From Candidatus Uhrbacteria bacterium (lineage in GTDB: Bacteria; Patescibacteriota; Patescibacteriia; UBA9934; GWF2-40-263), in assembly GCA_016188425.1 (NCBI GenBank), contig JACPHX010000016.1, positions 22,161 through 86,160 on the forward strand: a stretch of 64,000 nt of DNA, read 5' to 3'. Positions within the stretch are counted from its first letter, which is position 1. Each line of letters begins with the position of its first letter. The position numbers and the translations under genes are program-made. Shown in pieces: positions 39,401 through 49,263 of the stretch. The notes beneath the pieces were generated by a model. The model was not told the DNA's origin. It ran no database searches and saw only the letters and a list, made by a program, of their open reading frames with translations.

Positions 39401-39692
39401 AAAAGGCGGGCGTGGGGTCCCGCCTTTTCGCTAGGCAGAACTTGTCCACCTTTGGGCCGAGGCTCGCACTCCGCCCAACCGCTGGACAAGTTCTGCAATG
39501 GAAAGAACGTACGGTCTTTGAGAGACCGGCCCTGCGTGCTTGCAACGCAAGACTGGTCTCTCAAAGGCGTTGATGACGGGATCGCCGGCATCGGGTGGAA
39601 AAATGAGGAACGACCAATGGTCGAACCGCCAGGGCGAGGATCCGCCGCTGGTGTGAAGGCAGGGAAGCCCTCGCATCAGCGGTGGATGTCTC
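39401..39692. ncRNA. Candidate structured RNA with four long hairpins
   Basis: Stems of 10, 14, 16 and 17 bp; the non-Watson-Crick pairs in stems 3 and 4 are G-U on the + strand. Confidence 0.45.
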
Positions 39693-39696
39693 ACGA

Positions 39697-42600
39697 TTAT
39701 TCGCTGACTGGGCCAAAGACGATCTCGTCTGGAACAGGGTCAGAGGCAGGGACATCAACCTCCGTCGGGGGAGGATCGGCTGGCTGATCGCCTGTTCCTA
39801 CATCCGTAGACGGATCAGTACCCGCGTCTCCAGATGTGTCTGTGCCGTCGACTGGATCTGGTGCTGTGTTAGTCGTTGTGTCTGTGGTTGTCCCTGCCCC
39901 CTCATCTGCAATCTCATCTATGACCTCCGGCTCATGGTCTTTACGATACGCATACACAACCCAATCGAAGCTGACGCCGTTTTCTGTGCCACCGATTTGT
40001 TGAACGGTGAATCCATTGTTATCGCGCTGCGACACATACAAGGAAACGGGTCCATTTGGAGTGGCGATGACGCGGATAGGAGCAAAAGTCGAGATGATGT
40101 CATTGAAAGCGGGGTTTACCTCTTCAAAGACGATGGTGGCGCTGCCATTTTCCAGCAATCCTTCGCCGACCAAGGTCGCGAACGGTTCCATAGAAACAGT
40201 CGCAACGGTTTCAACATCTTCACCTTGGTAGGATTCGATGACGTTCTTCACGAGACCTTTGGTGACAAAATTTCCTTCTTCATCGATGGCCCACACGCCA
40301 GCAAGGCCGTTGATGCGGCCGACATCGAGGATTTCATTGCCGTGCGCATAGAAACTGCCGTAGAGGTCGAGCTGTGACAAACCGCTTACTCCCGAGGTGG
40401 TGCCAGTGATGGTCTCCGTCCCAGGAATCGATTCTGATTCCCCAGTAAACAACGATGTTTGGACAAAGACGACGATCAAATCATCGGCGGCACCGCTTGT
40501 ATATGGTTCCAACGCGTATCCGACGATCATGCCCGATTCCGTCGCTTTCATGGCGACACCTGGGGTGGAAGAGGCGGTGAGGGGATCGCCGATCGCGATA
40601 TCGCCATTTTCGTTTGATACTCTCGTTGGCACGCGCCCCATAAGGGCAACGGGGTAGTGACCGGGGAGATTTTCACCTGCGAGAAACCCTGGCTTGGTGG
40701 AGATAATGCCGGCGAGAATTTCATCAGCGGAACCGGTGCTCTTCATGATAGTTTCGTTTCCCGCCACGGAGAAAGCGACGACGTCCCCAGGGACAAGGGA
40801 GGCGGCAGATGGGAACATTTCCGCGAAATCATAGGAACCAGTGCTCCAACCGGAGGCATTGGTGCGCATCATGTCGCCGCCCGGACCTTCTGAATTATCG
40901 TAGAAAATATATTTATCCATTTGCTTCGTGCCGCTGGCGGATGGATAGAGCTTGCCGCCGATCACGATATCGCCATTGAGTTCAGCTGTGCCGAGATTGT
41001 TGATGAGGGCGACTTCTTGATCTGAAGCGTCCTTGACGGATAAGCGATAGTCCGTCGTGGAGGTGGTCGCCAAGGAGAGGCTCATGGAGACACCATCCGC
41101 ACTCGTCGTGTCTGTATTCCATGCGCTTCCACGGAAGACGAACGCCCGCGAATCAACCGCCGTGGCGATTTCCGTCGCCGTTCCTTCCGCCGACAGCACG
41201 GCAGCCGTGGCCAGCGAAATCATCGAGCCGTCGTTGCCGATCGCCATGCCGCTGTGCCACGAAGGCTGCACATACACGCGAATCGTGCCGACTCCAGGCC
41301 CATTCCATGCATCAAGGGCGATGCCGACCACCATGCCGGGAAGAGTGGATTTCATGCCCGCGCCAGCGGTCGAGGAAGAGGTGATGGGGTCGCCTGGGCG
41401 AATTACTCCGTTCTCATCGCTCACTTTCAGAGGAACGCGGCCGGCGGTCGCGATGGCTTTCGGATACGTGGCTGCATCTATCACGCCGCGGCCATAGCTC
41501 TGTGCCGGCGAGGTGGAGACGATACCGACGATGCGTGATTCGTAAGGGGTCGAGGATTTATCGAGAACGGTCAGATCACTGACGATCTTGCCTCCCGTGA
41601 GGACGCCGGTGAGCGGTTCCACTTCATCCGCCTCGTAGGTGATGGTGGCATCCGTGGCAACGACCAAGTCTCCCGCGGTTTCATCACCGGTTGTTTCATA
41701 CCATTCCGCGATGTCATCCGGAGCCCCGGAACAGACGACGAGTTCGCGATCCGTGGCCGTGGTATCCGAATCCGCCCCGCTGTGACAGACGCCGTTGGTG
41801 GTGGCGGCCCCGTTGAAATCAGTCTTGATGACTCCGTTCACGTCCAAGATCGTGGCGCCGATGGCGATAGTGCCGTCGGTACCGTCGTTGTCGATGGTTT
41901 CGCCTTGCTGGAGGGTGATGTCGGTGGTCATCCGATTGCCGGCACCGTCTCCTAAAACAAGACCATTGGTAATGGTGCCGCTCGTTCCGTTTATTTTGAT
42001 TCCATTGGTCATTCCAGAGGTCCCGGTACTATCAATAAACAGGCCGTTTGTCACCACAACATTTGCTCCATCACCCGTAGGATCTGCGTTGTTGATATAC
42101 ACAAGGGTATCGACCAATAGATCCGAAGAACTGGAAGTGGATTGATTTTCCACACGCAGGACGCGCTCTGTTGCGCCTGCAGTTGACGTGCTTTGAGTCC
42201 AAGGAATATCGATGCCGATATCTGTTCCTCCGCTCGCGCCATGTACATTCGTGATATTGAATTTGTAGGCCGAGAATCCTGAAGCACCGTTATTATGTCT
42301 TGACGTGAGATCAAGAACAGAACCTGTTGAAAAATTATTGGCTCCGCTCGTGAAATTCACGATATCGCCTGCTCCAAACGAGCTTCGGGAAAGCGAGAAC
42401 ATGTTTGCGGCGGCGGTATTGCTCGTGAATCGGAACGTCCCATCGTCCTCATTGTCGATGGTCTGACCGCTCTGCAGTTTGAAATCTGTGATCATATCAA
42501 CCTCCCCAGAACTGAAATCGATCCCCGTAAGCACCCCATCAGTCACCTTGTATCCAACTGTTGCTGTGTTTGTACCGGCCAAATCGATATTAATACCATT

Positions 42601-45600
42601 CGTAATCCCATCGGCGATCCCTCCTGAATTCAATATGTTGATGGCATTGGTTGCTTTCACGCTTTGCGTGGCGGTCGTGTCGTCATTATCCAATACGAGC
42701 AAAGTGTTAATGGCGAGATCGTCATTAGTCGCCGTATCTTCTACCACATGGATCTCAAACACCTTTTCCTGACTTCCATTAAATTCTGAGTCTTGCTGCC
42801 AGGCAAAATCGTATCCCCAGATATTATTGGAACCTCCTCCGCTTGTTGCATTTACAGTCTTAAATTTATTAGCAGTAAACCCGAAACTTGTCCCATCGTG
42901 CCGTGAAGTGACATTGAAGGCGCTCCCCACTGAATCGAAGTATCCTGTAGAGGAGGCATAATTGATCAGGCTTCCGGACATGCTTGCCAAATCATGATCA
43001 AAGGTCAATACATTCGCGCTATCGGTCGTGTTTGAGGTGAGCTTCAGGGTTTGCGTGGAAAGATTTATGACTCCCAGCGTTGCGTTATCAATACGCGAAA
43101 CACTTGCCGAGCTTGCATCGTAATCTCCCCGCAACCGAATTTCGGCCGTTCCAGTAAAATCTGTCGCAGTTACTGACGTATTATCAGAAAAATTAATTCC
43201 ATAGCCGACTCCGTCCAATATGGTAATGCCATTGGCAAATCCGTTGCCCGTCATCGCCTCCCCGATCTTGATACCGTGCGAAAAGACATCTGTATTATCT
43301 CCGGTATTGGAAATCTCCAGGGCTTGCGATATGGTCATGTCTTGCGTAAGAGTCGTATCTGAATTATTCAATCGTAATAGCGACTGGATGTTTGTATCAG
43401 AGTTTCCGCCGGAATCGTCTTCGATATTCCGGATATCCACGACAATCTCGTTTCCCCCATTGAATGAGGCGCTGTTTTGCCAGATAAAGTCATACCCTTT
43501 CGAACCGGCGGCACCGCTCCCTGACTGATTATTGATGATATTAAATTCTCCAGCGGTGAAACCGGGTCCGTTATGCGATGATGTCACATTAAAAACACGC
43601 CCCGTCCCATTGAGGGACGATGTTGTCGATACATCAAAAATATCGCCGGATGTTGCCCCGGATGTAATCTGAATTGCCTGCCCGCCGGATGTCTGCGTCC
43701 CGGTAGTGATCGCAAGAGCGGTGCCGGTGGTCAGTGCGCTTGTGTTGATATTGATGCCGGTCCCTGAAGACATGGAGGTTGCATCCAATACAATACCCGA
43801 CCCCGTAGTGGCTCCCGAAGCAATGTGGATTGCCTCTCCTCCGGCTATTTGCGTTCCAGTTGTCATTTCGATACCTGATCCGGTAGTCAATGATGATGCG
43901 GTGATCCCAAGCGCGAATGCGGTTGTTGCAAAACTATCGATATCAAACGTGCCATCTGGTGTTGTGTCGTTTATACCGACTCTTCCTGCAGATTTATCAA
44001 GATACAAATCGTCCGTAAAAAAGGCGATGTCGCCGTCTGACGTTGCGTCCGTACCGAAGTTAAAAATACTGGAGACGCTATTGTACGACAACGTCCCTTC
44101 ATTTGTTGCCGTATCGCCGACGTGAAGCGTGGCTCCGTCCAAATACAAATCCCCCCATCGCAACGCACTCGTACCAAGATCGAGCGTGCCGTCGGCAGAA
44201 GGGACGATCGCCGAACTCACACGGCTCACAAACGAAACCGTATCGGTCGTCGCGTCACCAAGCGTCACATTGCCGTTGAATGTGCCGACGCCGGCATTCG
44301 TCATGGTGAACAAATCGGTCCCGGCGCTATTTTCAAATACAACGAGGTTTGTGGTTTGTGCCGCATTCGCCTGCACGAGGAATTGGATTTCATCCGCGTT
44401 TCCGTCCACGGCCAAATTGGCAGAGAGGTTTGTCGCCGTACCGACCGTGACGTTATCCGTGGCGGTCGTGAGGCGCACAAGCGTGCCATCGTCGGTCCAG
44501 CCGCCGCCACCACCCGCGCCGATTTGCACGAACGAGGCGCCGTTGTACATGTACAAACCATCCCCCGTGGCATCCCAAACAATATCCCCCTCGGCTGTCC
44601 CCGTGACGGAGGATGGCGCGCCCGCATTCGTGGGAATGTTCAACCCGACGTTCGCCGCATGCGCGGCCGTGTCGACTCGTTTCGTCGTAACGACATTGCC
44701 GGAGGAATCAACCGTAAACAGGTCACCGGACCCGACCGTAAACAAGGCAGCGGGGGTTGCATCGCCGATACCGACAAATCCGCTGTCAGCGAACGTCACA
44801 AATGGGGTTCCCGCATCCGCGATGGTAAAGTCGCCCGTCGTCGTCAGGTTGTAGGTGAGACCCGTTGCATCGTCGATTTCCATGGTCAAATTCGTATTGG
44901 TGATGGATTGCGCGTACACCTCGTCGAAATCGGGAGTCGAGACGCTGCCCGCCAAATCCGTCCACGTCGTTCCCGCGTCTCCCGCGCTGGAATTCACCCA
45001 CAATTTTCCCGTCTGATCCAGATAAATAGAGCCGGACTCTGCCGAGTGGGAGGGGGTTCCCGTTCCGGTTTGGATATCGACTTCGTCTGCATTCGTACTG
45101 TCTGTCAATCGGATGAAATTCGTATTCTCAGCGTCAACGATGTCGATATGCGTATCCGGAGCCGTGGTTCCCATGCCAATCCACCCATTTACATCAACGA
45201 CGAAATCGTCCGGGCCGAAATAGCGGATCGGAAAGGCGGCCACAGAGGCAGATGCCGATAAGTCATCAATGGCCAGCCCATAAAAATTCCCAACGACTCC
45301 GGTACTGGAGGCAAATGTGTCATTGATGGTCACTGCATAATAATCCGTAATATCTCCCGCCCCCGTGAGCAATGGTCGGGTGATGACTCCGTAGGCAGAA
45401 GTTATATCTCCAGAAGATTCGTTGACTACTTGCGCGCTCACGGCCATGGCACTCGTAATAGGATCCGGTCCTCCTCCGACCGCTTGGTTGCTCACGACAG
45501 ATTGCACGCCAGTCAAAGTATCTACGGCATTTATCAGCCCTGTCTTTGCAATAGATTGAAAGTATCCTGCCGTGGACGCATATCCTGCCGCCCCTGGGCT

Positions 45601-46791
45601 GAATTGATTCGAGACGCTCAGCACGCGCGTCGCGTCGGCCGTAAGATTTTCTGATACATGCAGCACCCTGTCCGCCCCCGCGACTTCTCCCAAATCTCCT
45701 CCTGTGAACCGATTTCCCATGATGCCGTGGCCTGTCACGAGATAATCGCCGGCGACAGTAAGATTTTCCGTTGGCGTCGTATCGCCAACTCCAACGAATC
45801 CAGTTGATTTGTCCATGTATAAATCATCCGTAAAAACGGCGATGTCTCCATTGGTTGTGGAATCGGTTGCAAGATTCAGGACATTCGTCCCCGTATCATA
45901 GGAGAGCGTTCCTTCATCCGTTGCGGATGTCCCAATATGGAGGGTGGCCGGGCCCAGATACAAATCCGACCATCGTTCCCCGGTTGTCCCTAAGGAAAAA
46001 GTATCGTTGGCAAGAGGAATGATGTTGCCATCTGCTGCCAGTGTCCCCCCAGCGGTGATATAAAACTCAACCTGGTCATTTGTCCCCGCATCGGAAAGAA
46101 TTTCAATCATCCTATCATTTGTATCCGCCGATTCGCTGTCAATGTCTACAATAGCGTCGACATCCGTTCTATTCGTCGACGTATTGACGATATTCACAGC
46201 TCCCGTAAGCGCAAGGTCTGCATCCGACTCGGTTACGAGTACGGAAGAAGCTGCCCCAGTCTGCGTCGCATCGAATCCATCGAGATTATCCGCATTCATT
46301 GTCCACGGTGTTGCAGACAATCGAATGCGCGGAGTCATCTCTGCCGTGTCGGGCGAGATGGCTATCCCAATATACCGATCCGATACGGAATTGAACAAAT
46401 TGTTTGGAAGCACGTTCTGCCCGGAGTCTCCTAATAATAAGGAAAAGACACCGTCGACGACCGGAACGGAAATGGCCGCGTCCGGCGTATCGCCTCCACA
46501 ATCAATGGTGGCTGTGTTTGCGTCTGTGTTTCCAGCGCTCCATAAACAAGTACCGCCCGTGGAGGCGGTATAAATGGCGAACATCATGGAATACGAACCA
46601 TCATCCACCGTTACGCGCAATTCATTCGTGATTTTAGCTTGAAAAGAGACTACGTTAGGGACACCGACGGCCGCTTGTGCCGAAAAAGGGAGGAGTGTTG
46701 GCGCGACAAGCATGGACGCCAGCACAAAGACACACTGCATCCAACCGGACGCAATCCTCCACGAACAATCCCTAGGATGACGGTGTGTCAT
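39697..46791 (-). CDS. Second giant fibre/adhesin (~2364 aa), paralog of 19753..29388
   Basis: GGGAGG precedes ATG 46791; signal peptide ending AQA; same N-domain (LWSAGNTDANTATIDC.GDTPD); same two chaperone-like modules; different central region. Confidence 0.8.
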   Translation of the reverse strand: MTHRHPRDCSWRIASGWMQCVFVLASMLVAPTLLPFSAQAAVGVPNVVSFQAKITNELRVTVDDGSYSMMFAIYTASTGGTCLWSAGNTDANTATIDCGGDTPDAAISVPVVDGVFSLLLGDSGQNVLPNNLFNSVSDRYIGIAISPDTAEMTPRIRLSATPWTMNADNLDGFDATQTGAASSVLVTESDADLALTGAVNIVNTSTNRTDVDAIVDIDSESADTNDRMIEILSDAGTNDQVEFYITAGGTLAADGNIIPLANDTFSLGTTGERWSDLYLGPATLHIGTSATDEGTLSYDTGTNVLNLATDSTTNGDIAVFTDDLYMDKSTGFVGVGDTTPTENLTVAGDYLVTGHGIMGNRFTGGDLGEVAGADRVLHVSENLTADATRVLSVSNQFSPGAAGYASTAGYFQSIAKTGLINAVDTLTGVQSVVSNQAVGGGPDPITSAMAVSAQVVNESSGDITSAYGVITRPLLTGAGDITDYYAVTINDTFASSTGVVGNFYGLAIDDLSASASVAAFPIRYFGPDDFVVDVNGWIGMGTTAPDTHIDIVDAENTNFIRLTDSTNADEVDIQTGTGTPSHSAESGSIYLDQTGKLWVNSSAGDAGTTWTDLAGSVSTPDFDEVYAQSITNTNLTMEIDDATGLTYNLTTTGDFTIADAGTPFVTFADSGFVGIGDATPAALFTVGSGDLFTVDSSGNVVTTKRVDTAAHAANVGLNIPTNAGAPSSVTGTAEGDIVWDATGDGLYMYNGASFVQIGAGGGGGWTDDGTLVRLTTATDNVTVGTATNLSANLAVDGNADEIQFLVQANAAQTTNLVVFENSAGTDLFTMTNAGVGTFNGNVTLGDATTDTVSFVSRVSSAIVPSADGTLDLGTSALRWGDLYLDGATLHVGDTATNEGTLSYNSVSSIFNFGTDATSDGDIAFFTDDLYLDKSAGRVGINDTTPDGTFDIDSFATTAFALGITASSLTTGSGIEMTTGTQIAGGEAIHIASGATTGSGIVLDATSMSSGTGININTSALTTGTALAITTGTQTSGGQAIQITSGATSGDIFDVSTTSSLNGTGRVFNVTSSHNGPGFTAGEFNIINNQSGSGAAGSKGYDFIWQNSASFNGGNEIVVDIRNIEDDSGGNSDTNIQSLLRLNNSDTTLTQDMTISQALEISNTGDNTDVFSHGIKIGEAMTGNGFANGITILDGVGYGINFSDNTSVTATDFTGTAEIRLRGDYDASSASVSRIDNATLGVINLSTQTLKLTSNTTDSANVLTFDHDLASMSGSLINYASSTGYFDSVGSAFNVTSRHDGTSFGFTANKFKTVNATSGGGSNNIWGYDFAWQQDSEFNGSQEKVFEIHVVEDTATNDDLAINTLLVLDNDDTTATQSVKATNAINILNSGGIADGITNGINIDLAGTNTATVGYKVTDGVLTGIDFSSGEVDMITDFKLQSGQTIDNEDDGTFRFTSNTAAANMFSLSRSSFGAGDIVNFTSGANNFSTGSVLDLTSRHNNGASGFSAYKFNITNVHGASGGTDIGIDIPWTQSTSTAGATERVLRVENQSTSSSSDLLVDTLVYINNADPTGDGANVVVTNGLFIDSTGTSGMTNGIKINGTSGTITNGLVLGDGAGNRMTTDITLQQGETIDNDGTDGTIAIGATILDVNGVIKTDFNGAATTNGVCHSGADSDTTATDRELVVCSGAPDDIAEWYETTGDETAGDLVVATDATITYEADEVEPLTGVLTGGKIVSDLTVLDKSSTPYESRIVGIVSTSPAQSYGRGVIDAATYPKAIATAGRVPLKVSDENGVIRPGDPITSSSTAGAGMKSTLPGMVVGIALDAWNGPGVGTIRVYVQPSWHSGMAIGNDGSMISLATAAVLSAEGTATEIATAVDSRAFVFRGSAWNTDTTSADGVSMSLSLATTSTTDYRLSVKDASDQEVALINNLGTAELNGDIVIGGKLYPSASGTKQMDKYIFYDNSEGPGGDMMRTNASGWSTGSYDFAEMFPSAASLVPGDVVAFSVAGNETIMKSTGSADEILAGIISTKPGFLAGENLPGHYPVALMGRVPTRVSNENGDIAIGDPLTASSTPGVAMKATESGMIVGYALEPYTSGAADDLIVVFVQTSLFTGESESIPGTETITGTTSGVSGLSQLDLYGSFYAHGNEILDVGRINGLAGVWAIDEEGNFVTKGLVKNVIESYQGEDVETVATVSMEPFATLVGEGLLENGSATIVFEEVNPAFNDIISTFAPIRVIATPNGPVSLYVSQRDNNGFTVQQIGGTENGVSFDWVVYAYRKDHEPEVIDEIADEGAGTTTDTTTNTAPDPVDGTDTSGDAGTDPSTDVGTGDQPADPPPTEVDVPASDPVPDEIVFGPVSE

Positions 46792-46984
46792 ACCTCCCAC
46801 GTCGGCAAAATAAAATCGTGGAAATGCCATTACCTGGCAAACCCCACGATTCAGGCCTATTGGCCACTTACCGTCCTGCAAATGCATCATACCATGAAAA
46901 CAAATAGTAGTCAAGATATTAATTAGCTAATTTTAGATTAATAACTGATCTGTCGTTCTGCTCTGTCTCCAATTTGCGCACGAC

Positions 46985-47025
46985 TTATCCACAGGAAGTA
47001 TTTTTCAATAGTGCCTTGTGGATAA
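46985..47025. promoter_or_regulatory. Two perfect DnaA boxes in inverted orientation
   Basis: TTATCCACA at 46985-46993 and TGTGGATAA at 47017-47025; AT-rich tract at ~46897-46946. Confidence 0.6.
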
Positions 47026-47225
47026 CTTTGTGTCTACACTACTCTAGACAAATAGAAAACCGAACAACTAAAAACCAGTTTCTTATGAAACTGGTGCGTT
47101 GAAAGACCTATTTCATGGAAAAGAACTACCCCGCCGCAAAGCGGACGTGGTATCAAATGACAGAGAACAATCCTGAAATAGACTGACGCGGTAGAGCCGC
47201 CGAGGTATTGGACCTTGAGGGAATA

Positions 47226-47256
47226 AACAAAACCCCTTCGATGCGGAAGGGGTTTT
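47226..47256 (-). terminator. Terminator after tRNA-Ala(CGC) and its trailer
   Basis: aaaaccccttc-gatgcg-gaaggggtttt. Confidence 0.85.
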
Positions 47257-47262
47257 GCGGGA

Positions 47263-47359
47263 ACCATGTACCAAACCTGGTGCCTGGAGGATTAGTGGCA
47301 GGGCGACAACAAACGTATGTGCTCCGTGGTTTAACCACTCATGCACCAGGTTTGGTACG
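47263..47359 (-). ncRNA. Conserved 97-nt tRNA-Ala trailer hairpin, copy B
   Basis: Homologous to 36840-36936; (acca)cgtaccaaacctggtgc ... gcaccaggtttggtacatggt stem with a single mismatch. Confidence 0.6.
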
Positions 47360-47435
47360 TGGTGGACTCGAGGGGAGTCGAACCCCTGACCTCTGCAATG
47401 CGAATGCAGCGCTCTACCAACTGAGCTACGAGCCC
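47360..47435 (-). tRNA. tRNA-Ala(CGC)
   Basis: GGGCTCG/CGAGTCC stem with G3:U70; anticodon loop TTCGCAT; encoded ACCA. Confidence 0.96.
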
Positions 47436-47531
47436 ATATGTAAAAATTCCAAATTCTAATTTCCAAGCGTCCAAGAATATAAAATTTCTTTCCTGGACGC
47501 TTGGTGCTTGGGATTTGATGCTTTCCATTTT

Positions 47532-47607
47532 TGGTGTCCCTGGAGGGACTTGAACCCCCATCTCATCCTTAGGACGGATTTGCTCTATCCAGTTGAGCGA
47601 CAGGGAC
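47532..47607 (-). tRNA. tRNA-Arg(CCT)
   Basis: GTCCCTG/CAGGGAC stem; loop GTCCTAA; GTTCAAG T-loop; CCA end. Confidence 0.93.
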
Positions 47608-47705
47608 ATCACATGTGTCGTAAAACGTACAGAACAAATCTTTCTGTACGCGATAGGACAGTGCCGATATAATACGCGGGCATTTTTCTTCGCGCAAACA
47701 CCTCT

Positions 47706-48845
47706 ATGGATATTGGCATTCTCCCTATCGCACTCGCCCTTGTTCTCTTGGGTCTGGTTGCGGTCATCGTCTTTCTTGTCCGAAAACAATCCTCTGGAAG
47801 CGCGACCGGATTGAATGCAGACCAACTGATGCAGCAAATCCACGAGATGCGACGCGACATGCAATCAATGACATCGCAAGGGCGGCAGGAAGTGCAATCG
47901 CGATTAGATCATATACAAAAAGAGTTGACGAGTAATCTCACCGAGTCCCAGCAGAGCATGCAGCGCCACTTCGCGCAGTCGGCAACGGTTATTCGTGACG
48001 TGACGGAAAAGATGACGACGCTCGATTCGACCAACAAGCAAATCCTCGGATTTTCCGAGCAGCTCACGAGCTTGGAGTCTATTCTCAAAAATCCTAAACA
48101 TCGAGGAATCCTTGGTGAATATTGGCTGGAAACGCTCTTGAGTCAAGTCCTGCAACCCACGCAGTACAAGATGCAATACGACCTTGGGATCGACGGCGGC
48201 GGCGCCCGCCTTGTCCCGGATGCCGTCATCTTCATCCGTGACATGATCATCCCGATCGATTCCAAATTCTCTTTGGAGAATTACAATAAAATCATGTCGA
48301 CCGACGATCCGGCACTGCGCGAATCCCTCGAGCGTGATTTCAAATCAGATGTAAAAAAACGAATAGACGAAACATCCAAATACATCAACCCCGAAAAAGG
48401 GACGACGAATTTCGCCTTCATGTTCGTCCCGGCCGAGGGTGTCTACCACAATCTGGTGAGCTCAAGCGTCGGCGCCGTAAACGTAAATACAAGGAGTCTT
48501 ATAGAGTACGCGTTTGAAAAAGGAGTCGTGATCGTGGCTCCCACTTCCTTCTTCGCCTACCTTCAGACGGTCATCATGGGACTCAAAGCCCTCAAAATTG
48601 AGGAGTCGGTAAAGGAGATCCAGCGGCGCTCCGAGGAGCTCATGCGGCATCTCAAGGCCTACGAGGATTATCATAATAAGCTAGGAAAACACATAGAGAC
48701 CACAATGCGTGTTTACTCTTCCTCCTCCAATGAACTCAAAAAGATCGATAAGGACATTTATCGTATCAGCGAAGGTCGCGCCGGCAAACTCCTCACCCCC
48801 CTCGCCATCACCCGCGAAGAAACGCTTGACGAGATTCAGAGCTAA
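47706..48845 (+). CDS. rmuC: DNA recombination protein RmuC
   Basis: N-terminal TM helix and coiled coil; KNPKHRGILGE; PDAVI...IDSKF; KYINPE.GTTNFAFMFVPAEG. Confidence 0.93.
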   Translation: MDIGILPIALALVLLGLVAVIVFLVRKQSSGSATGLNADQLMQQIHEMRRDMQSMTSQGRQEVQSRLDHIQKELTSNLTESQQSMQRHFAQSATVIRDVTEKMTTLDSTNKQILGFSEQLTSLESILKNPKHRGILGEYWLETLLSQVLQPTQYKMQYDLGIDGGGARLVPDAVIFIRDMIIPIDSKFSLENYNKIMSTDDPALRESLERDFKSDVKKRIDETSKYINPEKGTTNFAFMFVPAEGVYHNLVSSSVGAVNVNTRSLIEYAFEKGVVIVAPTSFFAYLQTVIMGLKALKIEESVKEIQRRSEELMRHLKAYEDYHNKLGKHIETTMRVYSSSSNELKKIDKDIYRISEGRAGKLLTPLAITREETLDEIQS

Positions 48846-48853
48846 GCTATACT
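48826..48853 (+). promoter_or_regulatory. Promoter of rpsT
   Basis: TTGACG-N16-TATACT. Confidence 0.6.
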
Positions 48854-48941
48854 ATCGCCACATATCCTCAATAAATTAAGGTCTTCTCGCTAGCTCTTGT
48901 AACCCTTGTCGCCCTTGCGACCCTTGCCACCCTCCTCCTTT

Positions 48942-49205
48942 ATGCCAAACCTCGAAAACGCCAAAAAGGCCCTTCGCCAAAGCGAAAAGCGCGCGTACCG
49001 CAACAAAGTCGTGAAGGCCGAAATCCATTCCTTGCGCGCGCACTTGCGCAAAGCGCTGGAAGCAAAAAACCTTGAGGAGGCGGAAACCTTGGTCAAAACC
49101 CTTGCCCAGAAGCTGGACAAGGCGCACGCCAAAGGCGTCCTCAAGAAAAATACGGCCGCCCGATACAAATCCCGCATGGCACGAAAGCTCAAAGTCGCCG
49201 CCTAA
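48942..49205 (+). CDS. rpsT: 30S ribosomal protein S20
   Basis: MPNLENAKKALRQSEKR...LDKA..KGVLKKNTAARYKSR. Confidence 0.97.
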   Translation: MPNLENAKKALRQSEKRAYRNKVVKAEIHSLRAHLRKALEAKNLEEAETLVKTLAQKLDKAHAKGVLKKNTAARYKSRMARKLKVAA

Positions 49206-49263
49206 ACAAAACACCCCTCGATTCGCCAGGCGCCGCCAGGCATCACTCGGGGTGTTTTGTTTT
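49204..49263. terminator. Bidirectional hairpin between rpsT and holA
   Basis: aaacaaaacacccc...ggggtgttttgttt. Confidence 0.7.

Noticed and set aside
21329-41931. DGR template/variable repeat pair in the duplicated adhesin blocks
   Set aside because: Differences are mostly synonymous third-position changes involving all bases, not adenine-specific, and no reverse transcriptase is in the window.
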